64,000 nucleotides of DNA from a virus. Taxonomy: Duplodnaviria; Caudoviricetes. Of the stretch, positions 37,722-48,844 are shown in pieces. The stretch is taken from positions 96,001-160,000 of IMG/VR virus record IMGVR_UViG_3300029288_000079; one strand, written 5' to 3'. Each line of letters starts with the position of its first letter. Within the stretch, counting starts at the first letter, position 1. Both the position numbers and the translations under genes were made by a program. A model generated the notes under the pieces. The model was not told the origin of the DNA. It was given only the letters and a program-made list of their open reading frames with translations, and made no database searches.

Positions 37722-40355
37722 TTATTTCCTAATCAATAAAGTAAAATCATTGTCTTCTGGATGATCTAATAATTCAATCTTAGCATCCAAAGCCTTTTCC
37801 AACATATCCACAACTCTATTAGGATTGTCATAATGCAAACCACCACCAATATAATTCATGTGTTCATGTAGAAAATTTACTCCTATACCAAGCTTGCAAG
37901 AGTTCAAAATGCTCTTAAGAATCTCGATAACATGATCATCCCAATTATTATGATCATTGGCAAATATTCCGCTAGCTATACCATAATCAAATATATCTGT
38001 ATCAAAAGGATCTATTCTCACATTACGTAATTCAAAGAATTCTTCAGGATGCTGCTTCCTAGCTTCATCTAGCATCTTCTCTGATAGATCTATACCTACG
38101 TATCTTTCAGGTATTTGACCATGTTCTTTTATAAAATCTAAAAAAGAACCAAAACCACAACCAATGTCTAATATCTTCTTATCCGTAAAGTCACCAAGCT
38201 TCAATAGTTCAGTGAATCTAAATTCTTGTACCTCAGGACTACTCCATACTACATTTGTTGAGGGCCCCAATCTTTGCAATCTATTTTCATGCTGAGTGAC
38301 GTAATCCTTTTCAGATTTATCAAATGCATCCAACAAATTAGGATCCAAAGTTGCTGCAGTCTTTTCAAACCCCTTTAGTTTTAATACATATTGTAGTATA
38401 ACATTCAACATGGCCACCACTGCCTCGGGATTCTTCTTTAATAACTCAGGTGTACCATACAAATCTACCTCTAAATCATCTGGATGAACATACCCAGGAA
38501 TAGATGGATCTATTCCATATGGCCTATTAGTAAATACAAACTCAATGTTATTCATACCCTGAAGAATCTCGGGATGACGATTAAATAGGTCCTGATGCTG
38601 TTCTCTGAATTTAAATCTTATATCTTGAGGTATAGATTCATAACTAACTCTATTATCATCCAAATCAAATGCTTGCTTCGATTCAATTAATTCCAGATCT
38701 TCTCTTGTAAATAGCCCTAAATCACCCACAACATAAATAACTTTATCTTTAAAGTATTTCCAATCTACATCATAAAATTCAAATTCATTATCTATCCCAA
38801 ATACATCTTTTACATATTTAGATGATTCTGGTGAAATAATAAAGTCCACAGATCCTGTGCAATCAACACTATAAGAAATACCTGCATTACCTACATTAGA
38901 TACAATCTTGACTACATCTCCAACTTTAATCTCTTCCTGTTCTGGTAAGTCCCATGATTGTTTTTTACTAACTAAATCAAGGTCAGATTCTAGATAGTAA
39001 TGTAAATCTTCACCCTTAGGTATACTTTCTACTCCATAAACATTTTCATCTGTTCTATTTATTACTACAATACCTATATCACCTTTTCCTGTATTATGGG
39101 CAGGAATTTTAGATATAATTATACCTTTGTCTACAAATTGCATATTATCCCAAATCGTACCAAAATAATCCTTTGATTTAATAATACCACCAGAATTAAA
39201 TATACAACATTTACTATGATGGGTTACAATATCTTCAACTTCTAATTCTATATTAGGTATATCCCAGCCCAATGCAGCACGTTTAGATATTAATCTATTC
39301 AATATACCTTTTTCATCTCGACCCCCATTAACCAATGCATCTATCTGCCAATCCAATTCCTCTATTAGTGAACTTTTCTTTAGATCATCCTCTATAGAAC
39401 TCATTAATTCATCAAACTCTTTCTTTCTATCTTTAGGGCACCACATTCTACCATTTCTTTTTTTCAACTCAAAAGCAGCACCTATGGACCCAGAAGCTCC
39501 CGATGGATCTGGCAATCTAACATATATTTTACCATCAATCTCCATTTCATCTGCTAAAGATAATTTTGAAGATACTACTTTACCCTCTCTTAAATATAGT
39601 TTCATTGGAAAATCGTTAACATTAAACCCACTATTAAAATCTCTTTGAAATTCTGGTTCTGATCTAGACCAGTAACCCCCATTAATAATTGGATCTCCAT
39701 TAATATCTTTTTTATCTGTTATAGTTAAAGCATCTTCTACGTAGTAATAAAAATCCTTTTGAGATCTTTGCCAAACATCTCCTTGTTGTGCAAACTCTAG
39801 AAACTCCCCAATATTTTCTGCTATATCTAAAGGCCATAGTATATCCCAACTTAATTTATCATAATCTTTAGGAACTTCAAAATCCTCAATATTAATAAGT
39901 GGAAAAATATCTGAAGGATTGGACCAAGAAGCCCCTCTCATACCTGGATCTTTATATTTTTCAATAGCTTTATTTACACTCCAAGCCCATGTAGCCCCAC
40001 CTATCCAATATCTTCCTTTTTTATAAGGTTTATCAAATATATATAAATACTGCGTACCCTCTGAATTTTTAGATTTCCAAATTTGCCCAGGTACAGCCAT
40101 TTCTATTAGTTCATCTATATTATTTGCAATGGGTTCAGATATGTTCCAACTAAGAAGAGATGGTGGATCTTCAAATCTATTCTCTATTCCTGAATCATGT
40201 CCCGCATCATTGTTATCATCATACTGATCATGACGTTTATCATAACGTTTAGGATTTGTTCTACGCATCTGTATATCATCAGGAGGGTTTAATCCAGCTC
40301 TCTCCTCAGGTGTTTGAATTTCAGATGGGGTGCTATCGAAATAGGTGTCGCTCAA
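37722..40355 (-). CDS. WDI-motif modular polyprotein with C-terminal class I SAM methyltransferase
   Basis: LLSWNI, KLSWDI, ALGWDI, KQSWDL, KQAFDL; KILDIGCGFG...YVGIDLS. Confidence 0.75.
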   Translation of the reverse strand: MSDTYFDSTPSEIQTPEERAGLNPPDDIQMRRTNPKRYDKRHDQYDDNNDAGHDSGIENRFEDPPSLLSWNISEPIANNIDELIEMAVPGQIWKSKNSEGTQYLYIFDKPYKKGRYWIGGATWAWSVNKAIEKYKDPGMRGASWSNPSDIFPLINIEDFEVPKDYDKLSWDILWPLDIAENIGEFLEFAQQGDVWQRSQKDFYYYVEDALTITDKKDINGDPIINGGYWSRSEPEFQRDFNSGFNVNDFPMKLYLREGKVVSSKLSLADEMEIDGKIYVRLPDPSGASGSIGAAFELKKRNGRMWCPKDRKKEFDELMSSIEDDLKKSSLIEELDWQIDALVNGGRDEKGILNRLISKRAALGWDIPNIELEVEDIVTHHSKCCIFNSGGIIKSKDYFGTIWDNMQFVDKGIIISKIPAHNTGKGDIGIVVINRTDENVYGVESIPKGEDLHYYLESDLDLVSKKQSWDLPEQEEIKVGDVVKIVSNVGNAGISYSVDCTGSVDFIISPESSKYVKDVFGIDNEFEFYDVDWKYFKDKVIYVVGDLGLFTREDLELIESKQAFDLDDNRVSYESIPQDIRFKFREQHQDLFNRHPEILQGMNNIEFVFTNRPYGIDPSIPGYVHPDDLEVDLYGTPELLKKNPEAVVAMLNVILQYVLKLKGFEKTAATLDPNLLDAFDKSEKDYVTQHENRLQRLGPSTNVVWSSPEVQEFRFTELLKLGDFTDKKILDIGCGFGSFLDFIKEHGQIPERYVGIDLSEKMLDEARKQHPEEFFELRNVRIDPFDTDIFDYGIASGIFANDHNNWDDHVIEILKSILNSCKLGIGVNFLHEHMNYIGGGLHYDNPNRVVDMLEKALDAKIELLDHPEDNDFTLLIRK

Positions 40356-40529
40356 AGATTCTCCAATCTACACCTATATTTGGGTTATTTAAAAATAAAA
40401 TCAACTTGGAAGGGTAAAAATAAATATAATTTCAACATTTACTGAAAGGAGATGTAAAGGGATGTATGCTAAAAATTGTATTCTATTTTTAGTATATTGT
40501 CTGGTAAACAATCAATAAGATATAGAATA

Positions 40530-40573
40530 CAAAAATACAGCACAATTACCTTAAATAAGAAATTGTGCTGTAT
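40530..40573 (-). terminator. Intrinsic terminator
   Basis: ATACAGCACAATT / AATTGTGCTGTAT stem followed by TTTTG. Confidence 0.6.
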
Positions 40574-40591
40574 ATATGCAACATATTAAAC

Positions 40592-40921
40592 CTATGTTGT
40601 AGGTGTAGCTTGACTGAGATCTGCAACAGTTGCGGTTGAATTCACAGGTGGTGGGGTATCGATAGGCTTATTATTCAATAATCTACTTATAAAGTCTTCC
40701 AGACAACTTCCTCCCTGTTTACCCGCAAGATGAACAAAATGAAGGCCCTCATCATTCAATGGCAGAGAGTCCTGCTCACTATATATGCTTTCCCCGATCA
40801 CAATAACTTTATCACCTGGATTAAAAGCTTGGCTACATTCCGCACATCTACGTCTATTGCCTTTAATATCTGATATAGTCAAATCCGTAAGTTCTACTAC
40901 TAAACTACCTTGAAATTTCAT
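40592..40921 (-). CDS. Zinc-binding hypothetical protein
   Basis: CAEC...H...C pattern; AGGAG RBS. Confidence 0.55.
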   Translation of the reverse strand: MKFQGSLVVELTDLTISDIKGNRRRCAECSQAFNPGDKVIVIGESIYSEQDSLPLNDEGLHFVHLAGKQGGSCLEDFISRLLNNKPIDTPPPVNSTATVADLSQATPTT

Positions 40922-40930
40922 AAATGCTCC

Positions 40931-41722
40931 TTATAATAATTTACTTAAGAATTTACCTGCATCAAACACCCAATAAACACCTCCAATAACAGTCTTATCT
41001 AAAGGACTATATTCTATCATGTAGTATTTATAGAATATACCTGCTGTAGGATTGAGTTGTACCAAATTATTTTCTAAATTAAGTCTACCCGTCAGTTCCA
41101 GCCTTAATCCAAACGATGGAAGAACTATCTCATTATCCACCCCACCTTGCCTAACAGCAATATACAGTGTAGAATCTACCTCACTATTAGAACTGAACTT
41201 AACACCAGGTGACTCAGTTGTGGTTCTGAACTTCCATAGACCATCGGTGTCTCTATATAAACTATTAGATATTGGGATAATATCATATTCCAATGCTAAA
41301 TTCCACTGAGGCTTTACACCATTAGAGTAATATTTTGTATCCCCTTTGAATGATGTTATACCTTGTTTACCATTGAAGGCCACACCACAATATTGACCCA
41401 AACTGTCAGTACCATTTGAAGCAATACCTTGACCTGATCCTTTGGATGAGTCTATCTTGGCCTGCAACTGCTGAGATGTCAGGATCCAATATCCCTTTTC
41501 TTTTTCTAGATGTGATACTTTACTATTCAAGTCGTTTACTTTAGCTGACAGAACTAAGTTATTACTATCTTTCTGATGCAACTGAGATTCATATGCAGCT
41601 GTATTCTGAGTTATAATTGCAGCATTGTTATTACGCTCTTTTCTAGCATCAACCAAAAAGTAGAGGCATACACCTAATGCTGCACATAAAGCTACAATTA
41701 TCCCGTATAGTTTTAAATTCAT
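40931..41722 (-). CDS. Spanin-like or membrane-anchored coiled-coil protein
   Basis: N-terminal TM, coiled coil and C-terminal beta region, near a transglycosylase gene. Confidence 0.45.
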   Translation of the reverse strand: MNLKLYGIIVALCAALGVCLYFLVDARKERNNNAAIITQNTAAYESQLHQKDSNNLVLSAKVNDLNSKVSHLEKEKGYWILTSQQLQAKIDSSKGSGQGIASNGTDSLGQYCGVAFNGKQGITSFKGDTKYYSNGVKPQWNLALEYDIIPISNSLYRDTDGLWKFRTTTESPGVKFSSNSEVDSTLYIAVRQGGVDNEIVLPSFGLRLELTGRLNLENNLVQLNPTAGIFYKYYMIEYSPLDKTVIGGVYWVFDAGKFLSKLL

Positions 41723-41892
41723 ATTAACTCCAATTTATTTAGCTCAAACTTAACAATTTCTTGTATTCTATCTGGCCAATCTTTCTCATGATGCCAGGCC
41801 CCACATGCACAAGGACCTTCAAACATATCACATCTTTCTGTGCAAGCATTTCTTACATTAACTATAGATGGCATTACTATAAAACCATTCAT
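41719..41892 (-). CDS. 57 aa Cys/His-rich protein (below the ORF-track cutoff)
   Basis: MNGFIVMPS...CTERCDMFEGPCACGAWH...; AAGGGG RBS; stop overlaps the next start. Confidence 0.55.
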   Translation of the reverse strand: MNGFIVMPSIVNVRNACTERCDMFEGPCACGAWHHEKDWPDRIQEIVKFELNKLELI

Positions 41893-41911
41893 GAATACCC
41901 CTTAATAAATT

Positions 41912-42283
41912 TTACTGTTTTTTGTTTTCAAAATAAAAAGTATCTTTCAAATTCTCATCTTCTTTATAAATATCAGATACATAAATGAAACTAAATTCTG
42001 ACCAGTTTCGCAAAGCTTGCCAAAATCTCAAATCTGGGTTTGCTTTACAGTATTCTGTGAAACTATTCAATAAATCTTTAGATTTAATCACGTCTCCTAT
42101 TTGAAGCCCTACCATCATATTTGCATATCCACTATCAAACCGAACTAATCCTAAATGTATTAACTCCGCATGTAAATTCCTTAGTGATGAGTCTTTAATT
42201 ACTCTAAGAGCATCATCACAATTCAAAATATGCTTATCCATATATCTCTCTTTAAAAGTTATATTTTGAAACAACTTCTCCAA
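41912..42283 (-). CDS. Hypothetical protein
   Basis: C-terminal SFTEYCKANPDLRFWQALRNW motif typical of small phage proteins. Confidence 0.5.
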   Translation of the reverse strand: MEKLFQNITFKERYMDKHILNCDDALRVIKDSSLRNLHAELIHLGLVRFDSGYANMMVGLQIGDVIKSKDLLNSFTEYCKANPDLRFWQALRNWSEFSFIYVSDIYKEDENLKDTFYFENKKQ

Positions 42284-42842
42284 TAGCAGTATAAACCTTT
42301 TTTACAAATTCTGGATTATTAATTTTATGATTACTTATTGTACCTGCATTATGAGCTGCAATAGCATATTCATTAGTACCATATCTATCTAAGTTCTTCT
42401 GGAATATAACTGCTGCCAAATGAGTATTATATCTTGGAGTCATTAATTTAGCTTCTGTAACACTTTTATCATATAATTTAGCCGTTTCCATTTGAATCAT
42501 AAACAAACCATAGGACCATCTATTATTTCTGTCCATAATCTTTCTATGTGCATATTTAAATCTTTCACTTTCATGATATGCAAGACCACAAAAAACTGCA
42601 GTCTTTATACTATAAACCTTAGCTGTATCTATTAACATCTGCATTATTTCTTTTTCTTTTATTTGATAAAACTCTTCCTCCGTCATTTCAATAACATCCA
42701 TATTTTTATACACAGGAATATCTACTTTATCAACAGAATTTCTAAAAAATACTTTATCTCCAATTATACTCCCGGCACCTAAAATTAATAATATTCCTAT
42801 TGTACCTCCCAAATATCCAAGAATATCTTTAAATTTAACCAT
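42252..42842 (-). CDS. SLT-family lytic transglycosylase with N-terminal TM
   Basis: YHES catalytic Glu, SYGLFMI and AIAAHNAG motifs. Confidence 0.75.
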   Translation of the reverse strand: MVKFKDILGYLGGTIGILLILGAGSIIGDKVFFRNSVDKVDIPVYKNMDVIEMTEEEFYQIKEKEIMQMLIDTAKVYSIKTAVFCGLAYHESERFKYAHRKIMDRNNRWSYGLFMIQMETAKLYDKSVTEAKLMTPRYNTHLAAVIFQKNLDRYGTNEYAIAAHNAGTISNHKINNPEFVKKVYTAIGEVVSKYNF

Positions 42843-42868
42843 TGTTTTTCCTTTTTGTTGTTTTTTAA

Positions 42869-43648
42869 TTATTCATAGATTGGCTGGGAACTAACCGCCT
42901 CTATTTGCCATGTATTAGGTATATGAGTTAGACTATATGCACCCCCAACCATGGGCTTAAGTACTGTATGCTTTAAGCCTTGTGGAATTGTTATTTTTAC
43001 TACATCCCATATTATATCACTAAAATGTAAAACATCTCTATATGTATCCCAAACGAATACATACTTGCTACTGAAATGCTGATCCTCCGGAAAGATACCC
43101 ATTTCTATTTTGTGGTCCTTAGGAATTACTGTATAAACTTCATCATGATATAAATTAGACTGAATATTAGAGGCTTCTACTTCTGAGAAATCATCGGGTT
43201 CTATAATTTCTATAAGCGTTGCTGGAAGACTATCTTTAGTTATTAAACACCAATCGCTAGGATTATTAGGACTATGAAATTTACTAACAGCCCGATAGGC
43301 AAGTTCTGCAATAGAACATTGTAAAACTTGTTCATCTGCAGATATATTAATATTTACACTACCCTGATTTGCAGATATAACAAGATACTTTAAATTGCCA
43401 AAGGTAGGATTCTCTAGTACCCATACTTGCCCAGGTTTTAAAGCATCCCTTAATTCTTCAATAGTATTTACAACCATACCTATCTCAGAATCAACAGGTT
43501 TAATATCCCAAGATAGTTTCATCTCTGAAGATGGAATAACAACACGCTGATCCTCAAAGTTAAGATCATCATGCTTTACAATGTCCGGTTGTTCTAAGGG
43601 TATTATCTTATCTATGTCAGATTGCTGTAGGTGTGACTTCTGATCCAT
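42869..43648 (-). CDS. WDI-motif protein with one PGQVW module
   Basis: MKLSWDIKP...VNTIEELRDALKPGQVW. Confidence 0.65.
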   Translation of the reverse strand: MDQKSHLQQSDIDKIIPLEQPDIVKHDDLNFEDQRVVIPSSEMKLSWDIKPVDSEIGMVVNTIEELRDALKPGQVWVLENPTFGNLKYLVISANQGSVNINISADEQVLQCSIAELAYRAVSKFHSPNNPSDWCLITKDSLPATLIEIIEPDDFSEVEASNIQSNLYHDEVYTVIPKDHKIEMGIFPEDQHFSSKYVFVWDTYRDVLHFSDIIWDVVKITIPQGLKHTVLKPMVGGAYSLTHIPNTWQIEAVSSQPIYE

Positions 43649-44186
43649 TTTCTTTACCCTTTAACCGTTGAACCTTTTCTACTATATGAAAGCCATCATC
43701 TACCAATTTAACTGAAGGTGCTGTCTCTACCCATATAGAATCAATCCCATATCCTGTAGTAGCAATCTCTTTTTCTTTTTGAACTAGATCTCGAATAGCC
43801 GAACCAATAGGATCCGTCCCATTAATTTCATAACGTCTAGTTTCGATAGACCAAATTGTACCATGAATATCTCTATCCTTTGGTATAGAGTCAAATACTA
43901 CAACGCCCATACTCTTTCTGAAATCTTCTAATTGTTTAACATCTATACCTATGGTACGAAGATCAATAGTCTCTTCAGCTTCAGGCTTTTGTATACCCAT
44001 AGCTTGAGGCTTTCCTACCCCAACAGCCTCAACTATATCAGTATTTTCTGATACATCGGGTTCAATAGGAATAAGATTCAATTTTATTACAGTTTCATAA
44101 TCTTCAAACTCCTTGTGTTGAATAGACACACCTAGAAATTCTACCTCGTGCTCTTCACCATTTATTATTAGTAATGATTTCATCAT
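43617..44186 (-). CDS. Hypothetical protein
   Basis: 189 aa ORF with AGGTG RBS. Confidence 0.5.
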   Translation of the reverse strand: MMKSLLIINGEEHEVEFLGVSIQHKEFEDYETVIKLNLIPIEPDVSENTDIVEAVGVGKPQAMGIQKPEAEETIDLRTIGIDVKQLEDFRKSMGVVVFDSIPKDRDIHGTIWSIETRRYEINGTDPIGSAIRDLVQKEKEIATTGYGIDSIWVETAPSVKLVDDGFHIVEKVQRLKGKENGSEVTPTAI

Positions 44187-44256
44187 ACACCTATATTTAG
44201 AGTTTTTTAAATAAAAAGCAACATGATAATATAGTTTAATTTAGACAGAGAGACAA

Positions 44257-44403
44257 CTATTCCTTGAAGCTTTCATTCCACTTTTTTATCTCCTTCTCAG
44301 CCTTCTTTTTACCAGTTTTACCACCTAACCACCAGGCAATACTAATTGTACCGAAAACAGTAATAAATACTACAATAAACACCATCCAATCAACTTCTAT
44401 CAT
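44257..44403 (-). CDS. 48 aa single-TM protein
   Basis: MIEVDWMVFIVVFITVFGTISIAWWLGG followed by a K-rich tail; AGGAG upstream. Confidence 0.45.
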   Translation of the reverse strand: MIEVDWMVFIVVFITVFGTISIAWWLGGKTGKKKAEKEIKKWNESFKE

Positions 44404-44464
44404 TTCATACTCCTAATTTATAATAATAAAGTAACTTAATATGCATAGTCCCATCTTAAGTTAT

Positions 44465-46693
44465 TCAACTAGTTTCTAATATATCATCTATTGGATTCAT
44501 GTATACGCTTGTAGCAAACCACTCCTTTTTATTAGGATGGCAGTCTTTTCCATTCATTCTATCTTCAGCAGCTATTCGTGCCTGATATGCATTATCGGCC
44601 TCGACAGTTATAAGTCTAGTCTGCACTATAAGAACATCAAACTTTTCTTTAGACATTTTTTATCTCCTATATTAAACGTACTTACCATTAGGACACACTT
44701 CATTGGACTTCTCTAAATTCATAAATTTTACTTTTATTTAATAATCTTAGATCAGAATTCATCCTCTTCTTGTCTGTGTATTTGAGTAATGCTTGTGTAT
44801 GCCACATACCATGATAATAACGCCTTCTACCTTCTATACGATATTCTTTCGTTGTTTCGGGATGATGCTTTCTTATCAGCGTGTCTGAATGAAATCTTTT
44901 TTTGCAAAGAGTGCATCTAAAATTGCTTCCAGTTGTATCATGTATCACCGGATCATAAATCACTTTCTTCTTTTTGCAGTATGGGCAATTTTGATACAGC
45001 AATGTTCCACTTCCCCATCCACTACCAGGTGTTCTTGGCATGTCTCATCTACCTTCTTATAATCCACTCACAACCACATTTTTCACATTTACATAGTGAA
45101 GAACCTATGCGTACAGGTATCAGCTTCGACCCTCTATGGAATAGCCAACAAATTATCTTTTTCATACTCGTTGATCCTCCCTAACTCTATATACCCAAAG
45201 TTTGCTTCCATGATCTGTTTTACTTTGCAGATTTTTTAATGCTTTATCTCTGTCACGTATCCTTGCATATGCACTGTGCTTGGTCCATAATTTAGGATGG
45301 TCCCAAAATGGCTCATCATCCTTTATTATTTTATACTCAATAATATAAGACCTTTTAACTTTTTTACTCACAATTACAAGATCATGCTCTCTCACCTGTT
45401 TCTTCTTTATTAAGGGCTGCACTAGTATAACTCCTCACTTATTAATATAGGATTATCATCATGAATTAAACCTGAGAATAATTGCCCTGCTTTTTTTGCA
45501 ATACAATAAGCTAAACTACGACTTACATATCTATCAAAGCTAGTAATAAAACCCTGTTCAATTAGGTTTGCATCATAGTTACCTTTACCTTTTAGAATGT
45601 ATAAGGTAATAAAACAATTATGATGTCTTCGGCCAGCGATCACAATTCCTTTATGTATGTTTTTAGGCTGATGCACATACTCCTTACCATCATTGTACCA
45701 AATTGCAGCGCATAGAATATATTCTCTAGGCTTTATTCCTAGAAATTTCTTAAGCTTAAACACAAGAGTAGTATATCTATCCTTTAATGTAACTTCTGTT
45801 GTAAACATATTAGTAGTCATTATAAATCCTTAATCTCTTCTTTCATCCGCTTAGTATACATAATTATACTGATTTCAAAATTACTTTGCAATCATCTTTA
45901 GCAATTGTAAAGCCAGTTCTTCTCCATGTTCCATCTAAATCTATTTTCACAACTTCCCAACCATCATTGATTATATCGCATTCACCAGAAATATCTTTAG
46001 CAATGAAAAAATATTTTCCAATCTCACTCTTATACCAATAGGTACAAAGTGTAGATTTCATAATCTTAACAAACGCAAGTGGCATAACTGATGCAGGTTG
46101 ATGAGATAAGCGTTTTGCTTTATTACATTTTTTATTTTCAGCTTTCATAACATTATCCTTTCAATAAAATTCAGTTACTCACAAGCTAACCGTATCTGTT
46201 CCATTTGGTTTTGTTACTTCTAGATATACATCAACAACTTTACTTACCTTTTCTACACGCATTGCCTCAATATGAGCATACTCCTTCTTATCACATTTAA
46301 CTCTCACAGCTCTAAATCGATTAGAACCCTCCTCATAAAATTCAACAATATATGTATCTAAATTGCTCTCCTTAGACACAGACTCCATTATACGATCTCC
46401 TTGGTTACATTTAATCCTGTAACAACCTTTACACCTTTATTATACGGACTTTTATAATCAAATGCAATTGGAGGTAGTGAAGACATAGGTACTGGAGGTC
46501 CTTCAATACCCATCTCGTGAAAATGAATTTCATATATCTCAGGATATATAGTTTGCAATCTATTAACAATTTCAAGAATTAGTTCAGGTGGGCCAAGAAA
46601 AGCTAAACTAAACTTAATTCTATACTTATTCTTTACCCCAACCAATCCCTTTGGAGTGTAATTTTTCTTTTTCTTCATATTAAGTTCTGCCAT
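44465..46693 (-). other. Cluster of small hypothetical phage genes (44465..44656, 44700..45041, 45162..45422, 45422..45820, 45864..46148, 46179..46388, 46388..46693)
   Basis: Tightly packed co-oriented ORFs, several with RBS; CPYC..CTLC zinc ribbon and ILCAAIWY..GRRHHNC..QGF motifs. Confidence 0.55.
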
Positions 46694-46709
46694 AGGTTAT
46701 ATTTTAATT

Positions 46710-46749
46710 TAGGTAATTGATATACTTATTACAGCATATCAATTACCTA
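46710..46749. terminator. Hairpin, possible terminator
   Basis: taggtaattgatat / atatcaattaccta 14-bp inverted repeat just after 46754..47437. Confidence 0.5.
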
Positions 46750-46753
46750 TTTA

Positions 46754-47437
46754 TTATGGAGTTAAATATTTGAATATGAAATCCTTTGGAGGACCTTCCT
46801 TCAATTGGAAATGTAACATAGCCTGCTGATCCATACCCTTGTTCTCAGTAGGGTTTCCAAGTACCTTTTCTAACCAAATAGTAAGATATTTGTTATAACC
46901 AAGCTCAAGATCCTCAAACTTACCTATGCCCACTCCTTTAGAGTTAGCGGTATGAACTCCTGGAAAAGTTGTATACCATAACCAAGTAGCACGTTGAAGT
47001 GTAGAATCTAAAGTTACACCCACAGAATCATATATACTTCTATAAGATGAGTCTGGTAAGGCTACATACCTTTCTTTGTATCTTATCCACTGCCCAGCAT
47101 TATTCTTAATAGGTATCTTAATGGTAAGCAAAGCTTGACGCTTATCTCCTCTACCTACAATTGAATCTATTGTAAAAACATATGTCTTATATCGATCAGC
47201 ATCTGATACAATCACTGTATCAGGATATTGATTCACTACCCAATAAACACTCTTATTAGGATTAATTTTCAAAACAGTATCAATTAAATAGTCCTCACGA
47301 GTTGCCATATAAACTTGAGCAGCTCGAGCTTCTGTGTATTCCCAAGCATTATTGGGTATAGTAATAAATCTTTTTGGTTGAGAACATAGCTCAACAGTAC
47401 TGAGTATAATTAATATACTCAAGATAAATCTTTTCAT
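46754..47437 (-). CDS. Secreted or periplasmic protein
   Basis: Signal peptide MKRFILSILIILSTVELCS|Q; AGGAGG RBS. Confidence 0.6.
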   Translation of the reverse strand: MKRFILSILIILSTVELCSQPKRFITIPNNAWEYTEARAAQVYMATREDYLIDTVLKINPNKSVYWVVNQYPDTVIVSDADRYKTYVFTIDSIVGRGDKRQALLTIKIPIKNNAGQWIRYKERYVALPDSSYRSIYDSVGVTLDSTLQRATWLWYTTFPGVHTANSKGVGIGKFEDLELGYNKYLTIWLEKVLGNPTENKGMDQQAMLHFQLKEGPPKDFIFKYLTP

Positions 47438-47471
47438 AAATTGCTCCTCCTAAATTATATTTATGTTTGTT

Positions 47472-47951
47472 TTAATCTGTATGTGATAACCACTGCCAGC
47501 CTAAGTTTGTTGCAGCAGAAACTTGTTGTTCATTTTTTGCAACAAGAAGTAAATTAGAACTATCCTTTTGTGTACCATTATCTCCAATAGTACGAATAAA
47601 TAAAACTATACTAGATCCCGTTTCAAACTGAAGATCAGCACTTTCAGCACTTGATGAAAGATCTGCACCAAGTTGTGTAAATCTGGCATCATCAATTGCA
47701 GCCATGATTTGTTGCTTCTCAACAAACGAATCTGTTGAAGGAAGCCAAGTTAATTTTCCTATTTCCATATTGTTTATCCTTTGTATGAATGTATATGTTA
47801 AGTTAGTTGCTAATGAAACACATTTCTTATTGTTAAAGTAAAGAAATAATCCCACCAATGTCAATACTACTAAAATTATTATCCACATGATATTTCCTTC
47901 TAGCATGCATATTAAGGGATTCCCTGCATCATTTTTTGAACTAAACCACAT
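47472..47951 (-). CDS. Membrane-anchored protein with beta-sandwich-like domain
   Basis: TM WIIILVVLTLVGLFLYF and LTWLPS...FIRTIGDNG motif; true start uncertain. Confidence 0.4.
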   Translation of the reverse strand: MWFSSKNDAGNPLICMLEGNIMWIIILVVLTLVGLFLYFNNKKCVSLATNLTYTFIQRINNMEIGKLTWLPSTDSFVEKQQIMAAIDDARFTQLGADLSSSAESADLQFETGSSIVLFIRTIGDNGTQKDSSNLLLVAKNEQQVSAATNLGWQWLSHTD

Positions 47952-48091
47952 TGTTCTGAATTCTTAAAGCAATCTTCAGAAATTCCAGAGCATCCAATTA
48001 GCTTGCAATATTCATCATTAATAAACTTTCTTAATTTGATTTCTTGTTCTGAATTAAGAATGCAATTTATAATTTTATCTCCCATATATTC

Positions 48092-48595
48092 TTAATCCTC
48101 CACAAACTTAATTCTTTGATTCCAAAACTTGTGTGTCATACTTCTACATAACTGTATAAGATCCTTTACATCAAGCTTATCTCTATGCAGTCTAGGTGCT
48201 TTTTTAACAACATCTAGTCGCCATCGTTCATCAAATAGAACAAGTCCAGCATACTCCGGAACCTCTGTTTTATCTACCATTCCCTTAGGACAGGCATACC
48301 AAAAATAATTAGCTGGCTTCAATACATCCCATTGATAATCACCATACTTCCCAGACTTATTAAACTTTCTTTCCCCTTTAATATACCGTTGTATATGATC
48401 ATGTTTCTCTTTTTTACTATCTGATAGATAGTCTTGTCTACTAAGTTTTATCTCAAATTCATGTGTAAAAAATGCTCGTGTTACTACAACAATATCAGCC
48501 TCCCACCCAAACACTTGTGAACATGGCACAACAAGTAATGTTCCTCCCTGCATATGATTTGCATAGATCCTATTTTGAACATCTATCTCTGTCAT
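48092..48595 (-). CDS. PD-(D/E)XK nuclease, MmcB-like
   Basis: EAD...EFEIKLSRQDYLSD...NYFWYACP...EVPEYAGL. Confidence 0.7.
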   Translation of the reverse strand: MTEIDVQNRIYANHMQGGTLLVVPCSQVFGWEADIVVVTRAFFTHEFEIKLSRQDYLSDSKKEKHDHIQRYIKGERKFNKSGKYGDYQWDVLKPANYFWYACPKGMVDKTEVPEYAGLVLFDERWRLDVVKKAPRLHRDKLDVKDLIQLCRSMTHKFWNQRIKFVED

Positions 48596-48622
48596 AATAA
48601 TAATTTAGTTTTCAATAGTCAT

Positions 48623-48826
48623 CTATTTACTTAATGTTATATAGAAAACACCTCTTTTCAAATCCTCCAATTCAAACAACATACCCACCATATCTTTTAA
48701 ATCACTACTTATCTTCACATATTCTATAAACTTACATTCACCACTAATACAAAAGGCATCTTTAAGAAAGATTCTCATATCCTCAATATATTCTTCTTCT
48801 TCTTTTGTAATTGTTTTATATGACAT
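48623..48826 (-). CDS. Hypothetical protein
   Basis: 67 aa co-oriented ORF. Confidence 0.4.
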   Translation of the reverse strand: MSYKTITKEEEEYIEDMRIFLKDAFCISGECKFIEYVKISSDLKDMVGMLFELEDLKRGVFYITLSK

Positions 48827-48844
48827 TGTTATTCATACCTTAAT

